DNA of 63,619 bases, the filler included, from Choristocarpus tenellus KU-1152 (Eukaryota > Protista > Phaeophyceae), in NCBI GenBank assembly GCA_964200185.2. It is 7 parts of 7 records of this genome, joined end to end, with 100 filler letters (N's around TTAATTAATTAA, not from the genome) between each part and the next. Parts side by side here need not be neighbours in the genome. Positions count along the whole stretch, not along the records: positions 1 to 8,738 come from CAXNAD020004384.1; positions 8,839 to 25,591 come from CAXNAD020000777.1; 5 more parts are not named here. One strand, written 5' to 3'. Shown piece after piece: positions 1-11,800 of this stretch. The notes below the pieces were generated by a model. The model made no database searches and was not told the DNA's origin. It worked only from the letters and a program-made list of their open reading frames with translations. Numbering within the stretch: position 1 is the first letter of the stretch; every line of letters begins with the position of its first letter. The position numbers were made by a program, and so were the translations under genes.

Positions 1-299
1 GGGACAAAAAAAAAAAAAAGAAAAAAGATTGTTTACATTCATTCATGTCCCCCCCCCCCCCCCCTCCCTCCCTGCCAACCTATTCGAGCTTCCATGGCGT
101 GTCGTGGCCGGTGTGGGGCATGGCACCGTCCAGCTGCACGATCGTGTCCTCATGACGTAACCAGAGCACCATCTGGTTACGTCTCGACAGAAGAGCCTCT
201 CCCTGTACCACCTCTCGTACCATACGTGATCAATCATCACACCGAACCCGTACTCCTCGGCTCTGGTGAGTCTTGCCGCGGTCCACTACGGAACGGCTC

Positions 300-3200
300 T
301 CATATCTTCGTGATCTTTGACGGGGCGAAGCCTTGAGGGCCGACCTGATCATTTTCATGTAGCCAGAGGTCGAGCGGTCGAGCTGTTTGGTGAACCATCA
401 CTTCCAGAGGTGCCCCGGATAACTCTTGGCGAACTTGAACTCCTCCGCGAGGGCGCTGCCGACACCTTCGGGTAAGCGCTCTGCCCCCAGAGGGAGGTCC
501 ACGGCGTACCTCACGGCGAGGGCACAGCGACCGCCCTTGCTCAGTTGGCATCCCATCTTGCTCGTTGAGGGGCTCTCTGCACGACCTCATGGGCTTCGCG
601 TTGTGCATATTGTCCCTCATTATTCACTTGCTATTATTATTCTATCACTGCAATAATACGACCAGCGGCTGGACCCTTACTTGTGTGCCTCAAACCAAGA
701 TTGACTACTGGGTTCTGTACTACTAACGAGACACTTCTCAGTACATTCTCCCCAGCAATATTGGAAACGCCGTGGACATTCTAGCAGCATAATGCACCGC
801 CTCTTGAACGGCTAGGGTTTTCGCTAAATGAGTCACTAACAACACTTCCCCTGACGTGTCTTGGTTCCCTCTCCAGATGGCTCTCTGCTAAGCCCTTCAT
901 GAACGTGTAGATTCAGGTGGGGTTAGAGTTCGGGGTAGGGATAAGATCAGCGACCTCGTGCAGCATTTGACTTCACAGGATATCACACACACCCCTCCCC
1001 TGCTGCACAGACTGACGAGGTGGAGGACTAACTCCTCAAACGACATCCCATGTATATCCAACAACAGGTCAGAGCCCCCAGCCAAAATATCCCCATCGTC
1101 CTGAGACATTAAAAGGGGGGAATTTTGTGCCGTGATACAGACTGTCTAATCAACGACTGGTTGGACCTCTTGCGGAGAACTCACCAGGAACCCCTTCGGT
1201 GATGCTCTGCGAACCCCATCAGCAAGCATTTGGATCCTTGTACATCCAGTTTGTGCTTTCGTTTGGCCACACACATGTATCCCACAGGCGCAAATCTTAG
1301 CAAGTCTTGTGCCTTACCCGGTTTGCCATGCCCGAGCACATACAGAGAAAATCCAATCCTCATTGGCCTGAGAGTGACACACATATTGCTTAGATCCTGA
1401 GGGTGATCACAAGCATGATTCTGAGATTCCGCCCACAAATGGAGTCAACCTTGAAGTCCTGCACAGACCATCACTGCCATTGCTTTCTCAGCAATCAGGC
1501 CCAACAATCGTCCTGCTACACCCCTGTACTCCAGGATAGAAGCACCAGTAAACTCTCAACGTATGCAGTGCTTCCTCATCACTACATGGAAGGCCACACT
1601 CACGAACTCTCCTCCCCCATCGTTCCAAATACAGCCAATCTGCATTCCTCTCAGTGCAGCCATGTCTGAGATGAAATCTGCCAGTGCGTCTGCTGCACCA
1701 TCCTCTTTAGTCAGGAACCGCATCCACTTCACCTTGGTGCAGTTGTCAACAAAGATTATCGAATAATAGCAGCCCCCAAGGCTACGCACCGGCATAGGTT
1801 CACTCAATCAGCGAATACCCTCTCAAGTTTCCTCAACGAATGCCCAAGATTCTGTTCCTCGTGGCGCACTGGAGCACGGTGAGCTTTGGCCTGTGAACAT
1901 CCAACAATCGATTCCCAAGTTCCTATGAGGTCAACTCCATTGGCTGTTGCAGTCTTATGTGTCACCTCTTCATGAGAATGACCAAGATTTTGGTGAAACT
2001 AATTGATACCCTAACCCTAACCCTAACCCTGACCTTCATTGTGACCACTAATCCAGTTGAGATTTCTCGAGGTAGAACCCCGATACATGTAGCCTGGGTT
2101 GAAACCATTCGCCACTGGTACCTCGAGACCTTCCAGGCCATTGTTTCGCTCAATTATCAACACGTCAGACTTCACCATATTGCGTCACCCCGAGTGAAAG
2201 TATCTTAGGGTTAGGGTAGGACTTTTGCCCTCTTTGTCCATTTGGGGCTTGGCTTCACATTGGTTCTTTTTTGACATTTTCCTACTCCAAAATGTTTAGG
2301 AGTAGGTATACAGTGCGTATGTTATGAAAAGGTGTGTCCGAAACATAGATATTGACATTTCCTAACAAACATTATAGTCAAAATTACATCAAAATTACAT
2401 CAAAATGACAACATTGGATTTTGGTTCCCAAATGGACACGGACGGCTCTACCCTCTAAGATACGTTGGCTCCCTGATGTCTTGCGGATGGTTCGAACTGA
2501 ACACAGGTTGTACACTGATGTAGGCACCACAGCAACCTTCTACAAGGTCACACTCTACCCCGCTTCCTCTTCCGCATATGCTAGCACCATCTCTATCCAG
2601 CCTCATTCAGTAACATTGTGTTCCTTTTCACCTCCAACTACCACCTTGTCTCCACTGCTGCTACTTTTCGTCCAACCTCGTACACCAGTAAGATAATTGC
2701 TCTAACCCTAACCCTAACCCTAAGAATTGGTCATGTGACCACTTGCTCCAGTGTCAAAAATCCATTCTTCAGCGTCTGTTGGTCTTCCCTTGTCGCAGGT
2801 AGTCTCACATCAGTCACTAACAAACTGCTCCTTTCCTACGTTGATTCGTGTCTCATGCCAACAATTGTACCACACAAAGCACACTCTTGAATGATCTATC
2901 TCGCTCGCTTCCATCGGTACCATCATTGTACCCACCATTTCCAGCATCTCCGCCAGTAGTATAACCACGATCTCCTGGGCCCCCTTGTCTCACATCGTTG
3001 CTATGACTGTAACCTCTTTGTTGTTCACAGCAGTTGCTGTTAATGCGCCGTCTCCCGACAGATGTCATGTTCCTTGTGCTTGGAGGGATATTGATTACTG
3101 TATGGTCCCTTCTTGCCACAGGTGTAGGAGTTTATCTGCTCCTACTGTAGTGTCACATTCTTCCTTCTGACTGTCAAAGCCGCTGTTGTTCTCCCCTGAT

Positions 3201-4250
3201 GCACAGCTATCTCGTTTTTCAACTGTAGAAAATGGTTCGCAAGCCCTCTTCCAACTCCGTCCTTATTAGAGTAATTGCCCTCATGAGCAACGTTTGATGC
3301 ACCAGCCCATACTCTTCTAGTAATCCTCCCAGAATGGTGACATTCATTTCCTCATCGGAAATTCTCTGACGCATTGCGGTTAATCTCTCTGTTAGTCAGC
3401 ATCCCTTTAGCACACAAGGTTGGGGCTCCTCTCCTGGACCAAGTCGAATCGATCAGAACTCGTCCCGAACCCTGAGTCTTTCATCCAAGGTAAGGTAAGG
3501 TACACGGTTGGAAGTAGTCGCGCAAGGCGCATCCATTGCACCTCTTAGTGTCTCGTGCTCCATCACAATTTCCAACGCCATCCCCATGCATTGATTCAGA
3601 AGGGCCATCCGTCCCCCCCTATTAAAAGTGTTCAAATCATCTGTGCTCCCTCGATCTGCTCCTTTCTACAAATGATCTAGCTCCCCTCTAACATGCGAGA
3701 TGTCCTGCTCACCACTATAAAAGCGTGAAAAACAGATTTCCATCGCAATACATTCATCAATCTCTCCGTTCCACACGAGTACCTCCAATCTGTACGTTGA
3801 ATCCCTGCTTCTCCGCAGAGGTTATTATTGTACCTGCTGCTCCTTTTGTATCAGTCACCCTATCATAGCCTGCCCTCCTTGCTGGACCAACGCAGCTTCG
3901 ATAGCCTTAGCTACGGCCAAGGTCACACGCTCCCCTAGCTGTGCCTCGACCCTCTCCGTCAGTCTCAATTCAACGGCTGCCTTGATTATTGCCGCTATAT
4001 CTTGGTTACCTCCTGAAACCATGACCTCCCCAACTCTTCCTTCTGTTGCTTCCTCAAATCAAGCAGTTCACGCAGTACCTCCTCCTGGTCAATAGTGCAC
4101 TATACATCGGAAGATGACTTGTTTCAAAATGTGTTCACACACTGCCGAAGACTGTACTGATTCACCAAGAAGAAGAAGATGATCATTTAGAACGTGCTTC
4201 ATTGAGCTACAGCAAAGAGTGAGTCCAATCCATAAGGGGGGGGGTGTTGC
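300..4250 (-). mobile_element. Degenerate Ty1/copia LTR retrotransposon (gag, Zn-knuckle, protease, integrase), boundaries approximate; lies in an OGG1 intron
   Basis: Minus-strand copia domain order: gag-like ORF from ~4022; decayed knuckle SYTCGKKGPYSNQYP (~3085-3130); protease WIFDTGASGHMT (~2730-2765); integrase SLGGCYYSIIFVDNCT...WNDGGGEF (1556-1807) continuing to LWAESQNHAC and HKLDVQGSKCLLMG. Multiple stops and frameshifts; LTRs not identified. Confidence 0.88.
2192..2471 (+). mobile_element. MITE family A, copy 1 (nested in copia)
   Basis: Ends GAGTGAAAGTATCTTAGGGTTAGGGTA ... TACCCTCTAAGATACGTTGGCTC; internal sequence aligns by eye with copies at 27154, 29685, 30168 and 36016. Confidence 0.88.
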
Positions 4251-4574
4251 CCTACCCTCCCTAATCATCCTAGCAAACAATCTTAAAAGTTACCTAACAA
4301 TATTTCCTAGACCATTACTCTAACATCGCAATATTCTAATATTCCTGGCCATCACTCATGAATCATTCTAGTTACACTATATTGCTTCAAAGACATTTGT
4401 GAGTTCATGTGTTTTAATAGCAACATTGAGTGTGTACAGTACTACAACACATGTCCCTATGCAATCACCCCTTCCCTCCCCTCCCCTCCCCTCCCCTTTC
4501 CTCCCAAACTTCCACACATCCATCCCCTAATGGTGGTAAATAACAGCAATATATAACAGAAGCAACCTTCGCAC

Positions 4575-5284
4575 CTTGGGCCCCACCCCACTAAGAGCCG
4601 TCAGTTGACGTTGCACCACCAGCCTATCTTTTGAACGCAAATCCAGACCCCAACCCTCCCCTCCAGCACTGGCGGTCGACAACAACCGTGCGGTCTCCAC
4701 CACGAACTTGGCTCTGTAGCCAAAGCCTGCCCAGGAGTGACCAAAATCCGTCACAGCGGTAAAAAGAGTGAGTTAGAGAAGGGGTCTGGAACAGTCAGGG
4801 CAGGAGGCGGGGAAGGGGGGCAGGGGAGAAACCCATCATGATAGGACGCAAGCCTTCCAACATCAACTCCACGTCAGGGCTCCAGAGGGTCACATCCCTC
4901 TCGATAGTTTTACATTTAGGGTGGCACTACTGCGGATCAGGCTTGGTCACCCCCTCTCACCCAGGGCTCTTAGCTGATCTTCACTGGCTCTCTTTGCCAG
5001 GGTCTCCAAGGTCGGGAAGGCGAAAAAATCCAGGGGACCCTTCGCCCAATCCTCACACTCCTGACCGAGGATCACCACACCAAGGAGACATTACACGCAG
5101 TAGCATGTGAAGAGAATTGTCATGATAGCGCCTACGTCCCCTTACCTTCTACATTTCCGTACCAGCCCTTCTCAAGGCTAGAGAGGAGGAAAGGCATAGA
5201 AGTTGAACCCACTGTTTCTTCTGCAGGGGTCACTGCATCTTTTCCTCACCCTGACACACACACAAAACTTTGCAGCCATGCCAG

Positions 5285-5323
<39 letters not shown>

Positions 5324-8298
5324 AACTCACGTGCTGCTTTTGACCCACATCATCTGCCTGCCATTCTATAACACCGCTGTTGCCGAACTGCAGCAATAAA
5401 AACATAAGTAGATATGTGTGTATGATACAGTGTACACACTCTACTGACCTGCAAACAAGGATATGCACTGCAACATCAATTCTCACCTCAGCTGCAAAGC
5501 CAGCCTGAGCAAGCCCCCCGGGAAGGCTTAAGATGGGTTCCCCATACATCTCTTTGATCCTTGAAAGCATGAGCCCAATCCTCGAAATGTTGTTGTTGGA
5601 GGAACAGATAAAGCTGAAGAGGCATTCTACAGGGTCCTGCCTGGGACACATGAGGGGGGTAGCAGAGGGGTTGTTTGTGAGGGGGAGGGGAAAGGGGTTT
5701 CCATTGTATTACTGGTAGAGGTTTATACTTGGGTGAAGGATGGTAAAGAGCACTCACAGGAAAGTGATAAGAAATGAACTTGAGGATTTATTGCGATGGA
5801 AGTGCACAATGGTGGTGGGGGGGGGAGGTTGGGGGGCAGGGGCAAAGATTATCGTTAGAGCTTATTTCCGCTGGCACATGACCGCACAGAAAAAAGTATC
5901 AACCAATGGGGTTGCATCACGTGTTGTAATGCAATTAAACACTTCGCACTACAGCATTTGAGTAAAACAAATGCTGGGCTGTACTTCTGTGGCTAAGTCG
6001 CATAAAATAAAAAAAACGAAAACTAGCCTCTTCCTTGCAATTATCAATGACACTTTATTGCATTATCATCACGCCTTGTCTCCTCAACAAAAATTATGGC
6101 TCTTAGTGCCTACACAGATACGGCATTTGTCCATCTCAGCAATCCCTTTCAATCCCTCAGTGCATTCTCCATGTTCAGCAGTGGTGATAATGGCCCGGAT
6201 TACAGACACAAACAGGACAGGAATTTCTGCCAAATCAACACTTGCTCTTGCAGAGTGCAAAGAAGAGATCGTACCCTAAATCATTTTTATTACAATCCCT
6301 AGCCTCGAACCTTACCCCAACCCTAAACCTAACTCTGTAACACTTCCATCACCCCAAAATGACCGCAAATTGTAAACGGACCACTGGACTCTCGTTCCAC
6401 ACTTTGTACTTGATGTCCAAAGGGTCAAAGGGCCATCTTGTCAGCATACGCATAGTGCTATCATGATCGCTGTTAGGTTGAGGGTTGATGTTCAATTTCT
6501 TACTATAACCTCATTTAACTTGCACTACACTTCCTAAACAAAAGAGGATCGATACTTACTGCATAAACTACACAGACCTCACATACTCACCATCACCTCA
6601 TTCCTCCCTTCTCTTCACCCAAGTGTCCAGCACTTGTACACACACTTCACCTCTGTTTCCAGGAGCACAGGTCACCCCCCAACCAGGAACAGATAAAATC
6701 CAGGGGACACCTCAAAAACCACCGAACTGACCTTACCACACGTACACCAGGAATACTTGCTGCCACTTGCTCCATTCTGCAGCATGCAGAGGACCAGCGA
6801 TGGTATAGTGGAGCCAGGGGAATATCAAGGTGAAAGTAATCTCGAAGGATGAGGGTCAACACTCTTGCATCCTCTATGTCTGTCTGCATGCTTGGTCTAA
6901 CCTCCCCTGCATCTCCCCCATCAGTTCCTAGCCTATCAAGGCAGCGAAATAGGGTGGTTGTTCTTGTTTGCCTGGATGAGTAAGACAGTGGTTGGGGTAA
7001 GAGGGGGGAAGGAAGGAGTCCCAAAGATAAGTACAGGAGGGGTGTATGTGCCGTTGATTATTCTATGAGGGTGACGTACAGTATCAGAGGGACTATGACA
7101 TGCACACATTCAAAAGTCCATTTCGGAAGGATCAAAGATAAAACGTGACTTACGCATCAATCTTCTCCTGGGTTTTTGAAGTATCTTACTACTCACGCCT
7201 CCACAAAAGTATCTCTGATGCAAAGGGGTTTGCGAATGCTAACGCCGACCAAAGATTACCCGACATGCCCTGTGTAACACTTTGCTTTCCACGTTGAAGG
7301 TTTCCCCTCATTGAAGCTCTACACTACAAACATGACTCGAGAACACAGCATTGTACCCTTCCCTCAGGCATTGTGTTTCAATACTAAACCTGAAGACAAC
7401 AACTTGAAGCATCTCTCTCACCCGCTCACCCCAACGTCATTGTGCTCTCCAGAAGTGGCTCTGAATCAGCAACCTTACAAATTGCGGAGCAACAATTAGA
7501 TGCCTACAGGCAAAAGCACTGGAGGAGTTGGGTGACACAGACCAATCGAATACTTTGCAAGTTACTGTATCCAACCAACTCTCCTTCCCATATAACACAA
7601 TTTGGACACGGTAATCAACTCTTTGTACCTTAAGGCGAGTACTCTGCTACCCACGACTCCCACCCAGCAATCTACTGTCGCCCGCCGCCAGTTGAAGCAC
7701 TGGCCCATTGTAAGCGAGAACTCAGGGCGCAGCTCTTCCGACGGAACTTCCAGGTCGATCCATCCAATGTCCTGACATGCTCGTTCCGTCGCTGGTAGGC
7801 AAAGAGGCATAGGTGGGGGGGGGGGGTAGAGTGAGTGCTCCATTTCAATTGAATACCCTACAAATGAGAGAAGGTTGTGAGAAAAGATGGATCAGACATA
7901 TCTCAGTCATAGTCGCCAATTGCATGTTGAGCAAGGATGTGTTGATACAATGCAGTACAGGTTCATTGATAGCATCGATGGCACTCACTAGAACAATTGT
8001 CCCCTTGCAACTCAATCTTCTCAGCTTTACGTCCATTCCACAACTCGGTCTTTTCGCTCTGGTTTACTCTAGTTGACTGAATGCTTTCCGAGACGATCCT
8101 GCCCTGTGTCAAACCACTGCTGAAGTGTCGCCTACCCTCGACAGGCATTCCTATCTTTGACGCCTTTAAATGCAGAGATAAAGACGAAGGCGATAGAAAC
8201 AAACCAACCACCACTGCAGCAGATGGCAACAGACAACAAGCCGAACCGACATATGATCCCAGGAGCGATCGGTTCCACCTAGATACCAACCAACTCAT
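4575..8298 (-). CDS. OGG1: 8-oxoguanine DNA glycosylase OGG1, partial (3' exons not found in window)
   Basis: Phase-consistent GT-AG exons: 8298-7989 (or -8031), 7791-7629 ([17 protein letters not shown]...WVGVVG), 6971-6732 ([11 protein letters not shown]...IPGVRVVR), 5640-5487 ([21 protein letters not shown]), possibly 5387-5331, 5060-4961 ([11 protein letters not shown]...LRALG), 4726-4575 (FGYRAK...[10 protein letters not shown], the HhH motif with the catalytic Lys). Confidence 0.93.
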
Positions 8299-8456
8299 CC
8301 CTTGACCCTTTTCGATTTAAGTTGCTCATAAACAAAACAGTGGTGGTACCATTTTAAGACATTCTTCCCCACTTCCAAATTTTGTTTTGCTCACGAATTC
8401 TGGATTATTTTTACTATTTGCTTATTCCTTGTTCGCCATTCCTCTATTCTCTATTC

Positions 8457-8570
8457 CCCATTTGATGACCAACCAGTGCGAATGCCCTTATCACTGATTG
8501 CCAGCCATCCCCCACATTTGATGACCAATCGGTGCGAATCCCTTCGCCCCTGATTGCCAGCCATCCCCCA
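8457..8570. repeat. Direct tandem duplication of ~57 bp
   Basis: catttgatgaccaa.c.gtgcgaat.ccctt...c.ctgattgccagccatcccc occurs twice. Confidence 0.75.
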
Positions 8571-8738
8571 CCTTTCAACCCCACACAAGTTATCACTCCC
8601 CTCAACCCCACAGCAGTTCCCACACCACTCAACACCACTCCACAATCATCCAAGAACACTCCTTCATGATCCACTTCAACCCGTGCCTTTGAGCTAGAAG
8701 ACATCTACCCCGCCGTAACTTGACCTCCCCTCCCCCCC

Positions 8739-8838
8739 NNNNNNNNNNNNNNNNNNNNNNNNNNNNNNNNNNNNNNNNNNNNTTAATTAATTAANNNNNN
8801 NNNNNNNNNNNNNNNNNNNNNNNNNNNNNNNNNNNNNN
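8739..8838. other. Artificial contig spacer
   Basis: N44-TTAATTAATTAA-N44; the 12-mer gives stops in all six frames and is identical at six places. Confidence 0.97.
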
Positions 8839-11800
8839 CTGCGCCCCCCCCGCCACAGTCCACCATTGGTTGTCACCCTTGGGGAGGCATCAACCCAAGT
8901 GTCTAGCTTGAGGGGTGAACCAGCTGGAGTTGTATCTCTTGACAAGACAACCTCAATATTCCAGGGAAGTCTAAGGATGAGCTGGAGAGCTTGTCCATCA
9001 CCCACACACCCTGTGGCACCTAAACCAGACCTATTTCACGCAACATTAAACATCAACATTGTGTAGCAGGGGGTGTAGAGGGAGATAACTATGGAGTGGA
9101 GCAGACAACGATTGTGTCAAATTATATCATATTATACCAAAGCCATACTCACTGACACTCATTGTCTAGGAGCCCATCCAAATGGATCGGAATGGGCACT
9201 CCATTGCCTTCTCCTGCATCTCCTTCCGGATAATCCCCAGAGCCAGAGAAGCTGTCACTATCTATAACTTGGCTGTCATGTAGGTGTGCCTGCAATGGCA
9301 CCATCATTGGTCATCGTTGGCCATCGTTGGTCATCAGATGCAGTAATCACAACCAAGAGGTTGTGGCAAGTCAACCATATGATTCAGCATAGAGAGAGGA
9401 AGACATTATCAAACAATACACCAGTCTTTACCATGCCTCAAGTCACCTTCACAGCTGCATCCAGGTGGGTTGCATACTTCTCCATGCTACCATTTAGTTG
9501 CCATTGCTGCACAGCGCCCTCAACCCACCCCAACTGTTGGAGATAATCTACACCGTCTGGCAGGGACAAGAAACGCATCAACAATGACCCAGCACCAGGC
9601 TTATTAAGCAGGTCCGGCCGCTTTTGCACCTACGTATAATGGATTGTGGTAGGTAGTTAGGTAGGTAGGTATTATAAGGGTAGAGGAGGAGGCAATGATT
9701 TCATTGCTGAGTGTCTCAATGCACTCATGATTGTTTATTATATTGTAGTACTTGAAGTTAAACTACTAATGTCAGTAAGGCTTCAATTATACCCACAACA
9801 TCAGACAATGACAATACCAACATAAAGGAATCACTGTTATAGTTGACAATAAGATATCTCTGCACTTCGAGCAACAATTAAAATGTCAACACATACCAAA
9901 GCCACACACATAGTCATAGTCAACATTATTTCAACAGCACAGATGTGCTCTCAACACACACAACACACACAACACACACAACACTTCTCAAAAATACAAA
10001 AAACATGCACATCGCAACTGTATCACCTCAACAATCAATCCTACAAAGGTACTATTGTCTGTGATGGCCATTGTTGAGCAAACGTGGAGAGCAGGTGCAA
10101 GCACCAAAGTCAAAAATACCAAGTTAAACATGTTCAAGGTAAGGATCTTAATAAACAACTAACCAAGGATTGCAAATAGCGATCATCTTTTGCAGCCTCC
10201 TCCAACACCGAGAGAGCAGCCTGAGTGATTGCTGGGTCATCATAGTGCAACTGCGTCACTAGAGTGTCAATACCCCATTGCTCAAAGCCATTCTCCCCAG
10301 CATCATTGGCACTGTCTGCTGTGTTACTGGGTGAGGCTGGTGATGTACCTCCTTTGGTTGATCCTAACTGAGGATTGTGACCTTCTCGCCGAAGTAGAGC
10401 CCGCATGAGGTTTGCTGCAAATAATCGTAGGGACCTGGAAATAGCAGTATACAGTCATTCGTAATAGACAAAATAAGCAAACACCAAACATCTACAGTCA
10501 TTCGTAATAGACAAAATAACAGTCCAGGAGAGTTCGGTAATAGACAAAATAAGCAAACACCAAACATCTAGAATCATTCGTAGGGGTTGAGTCTATAATT
10601 GTTGGATTGGAAAGGTACAAACAAGTCTGTTCACTCATAGTGCTCTGCAATGCTCTGAACTGTTAAATTTTGCATTGAAAAAAATTAATTGATTGTGGTC
10701 GTGGGATAATTGAAGTCTGAAACAAGTACAATGAAAGGAAAATAGAAGACGGACACTAGCAGCATGCAAGTATTGGGTGTTGGACACATGACAATGGGGT
10801 GAATAAGCTCCCCCAGCTGAATCAGTTCAACAAAAACCAAACTATTGTACATGTGGCTCCTACATAGATACAAACTACAGCCAGGAAGTGATATACCATA
10901 CTCCACTGCTAATAGATAAATCACTAATAGATGCATCACTAATAGATAATTAAGGTGACTGTGTAGCACACAAGAAATCAGGCACTTAGTGGCTTTGAAT
11001 GCCGTGTCAAATAATTTCGTCTAAACTAAACTATATATAGCACCTGACCTCCTGCATGCAACGTGAAGTGAACAGGTGAGCTACCAAACTGTGGAACAAT
11101 AAAATGTTTTTTCTGGCAGCTAGCTACCCTTGCTGTCAGATAGAGATAGGTCTGGATGGCACCCTATATGGAGAAGGTTTGAAGAGCAAGTGAAATGCTC
11201 AACGATTGTGTTTAGGTTCATTATACGTAAGATATGGTAGGGTTAGGGTTGATAAAAATAACCTATGCCAACACCTTTGTGGCATAAGATATACCACTAT
11301 CCTTGAATGTGGTACAACCCATTAGATTCATTCAACTTCTTGACAAAAAAAGTGAAAAGAATAAAATAATTTCATACACAAGATCTAAGTCGCATTCTCA
11401 ACACACCATTATGCAATCCAGCCTAAACCTCAAGACACACATGACACATGCCAAAGGTACCATTGATTGTGCCAGACATGACATTTTCTCAGATAACCAT
11501 GCAAGCGTATGACAAAACATTGCACTATCAAGACTGGGATAAGAAACAGAGATTGTCTCAATAATGTTCCAATCAAAATGCCAAAATAATAATAATGATG
11601 ATGATAGTTAAAACAGGAACAAAATGGAAAGATTCCTCAAGACTCCGCCCTTGATAACATGGCTTGATAGCAGGGTGCATCAACAAACCTTGACCCTGAC
11701 GACATCCATATCTGCAGTACATCTCGGGCATCGTTCTGGTCGGAAGTAAAGTCCATTCTAGTAAGCACAATGCGGCTCAAGTAGTCCAGTTCTGGCTGTG

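Noticed and set aside
5146-5250. FYAFPPL segment as the OGG1 'AFP' exon
   Set aside because: In-frame stop and incompatible phase; exon 5060-4961 ([11 protein letters not shown]) fits both motif and phase.
8783-8794. Palindromic TTAATTAATTAA recurring six times as a possible biological motif
   Set aside because: Always centred in a fixed 100-bp N block; it is a six-frame-stop contig linker.
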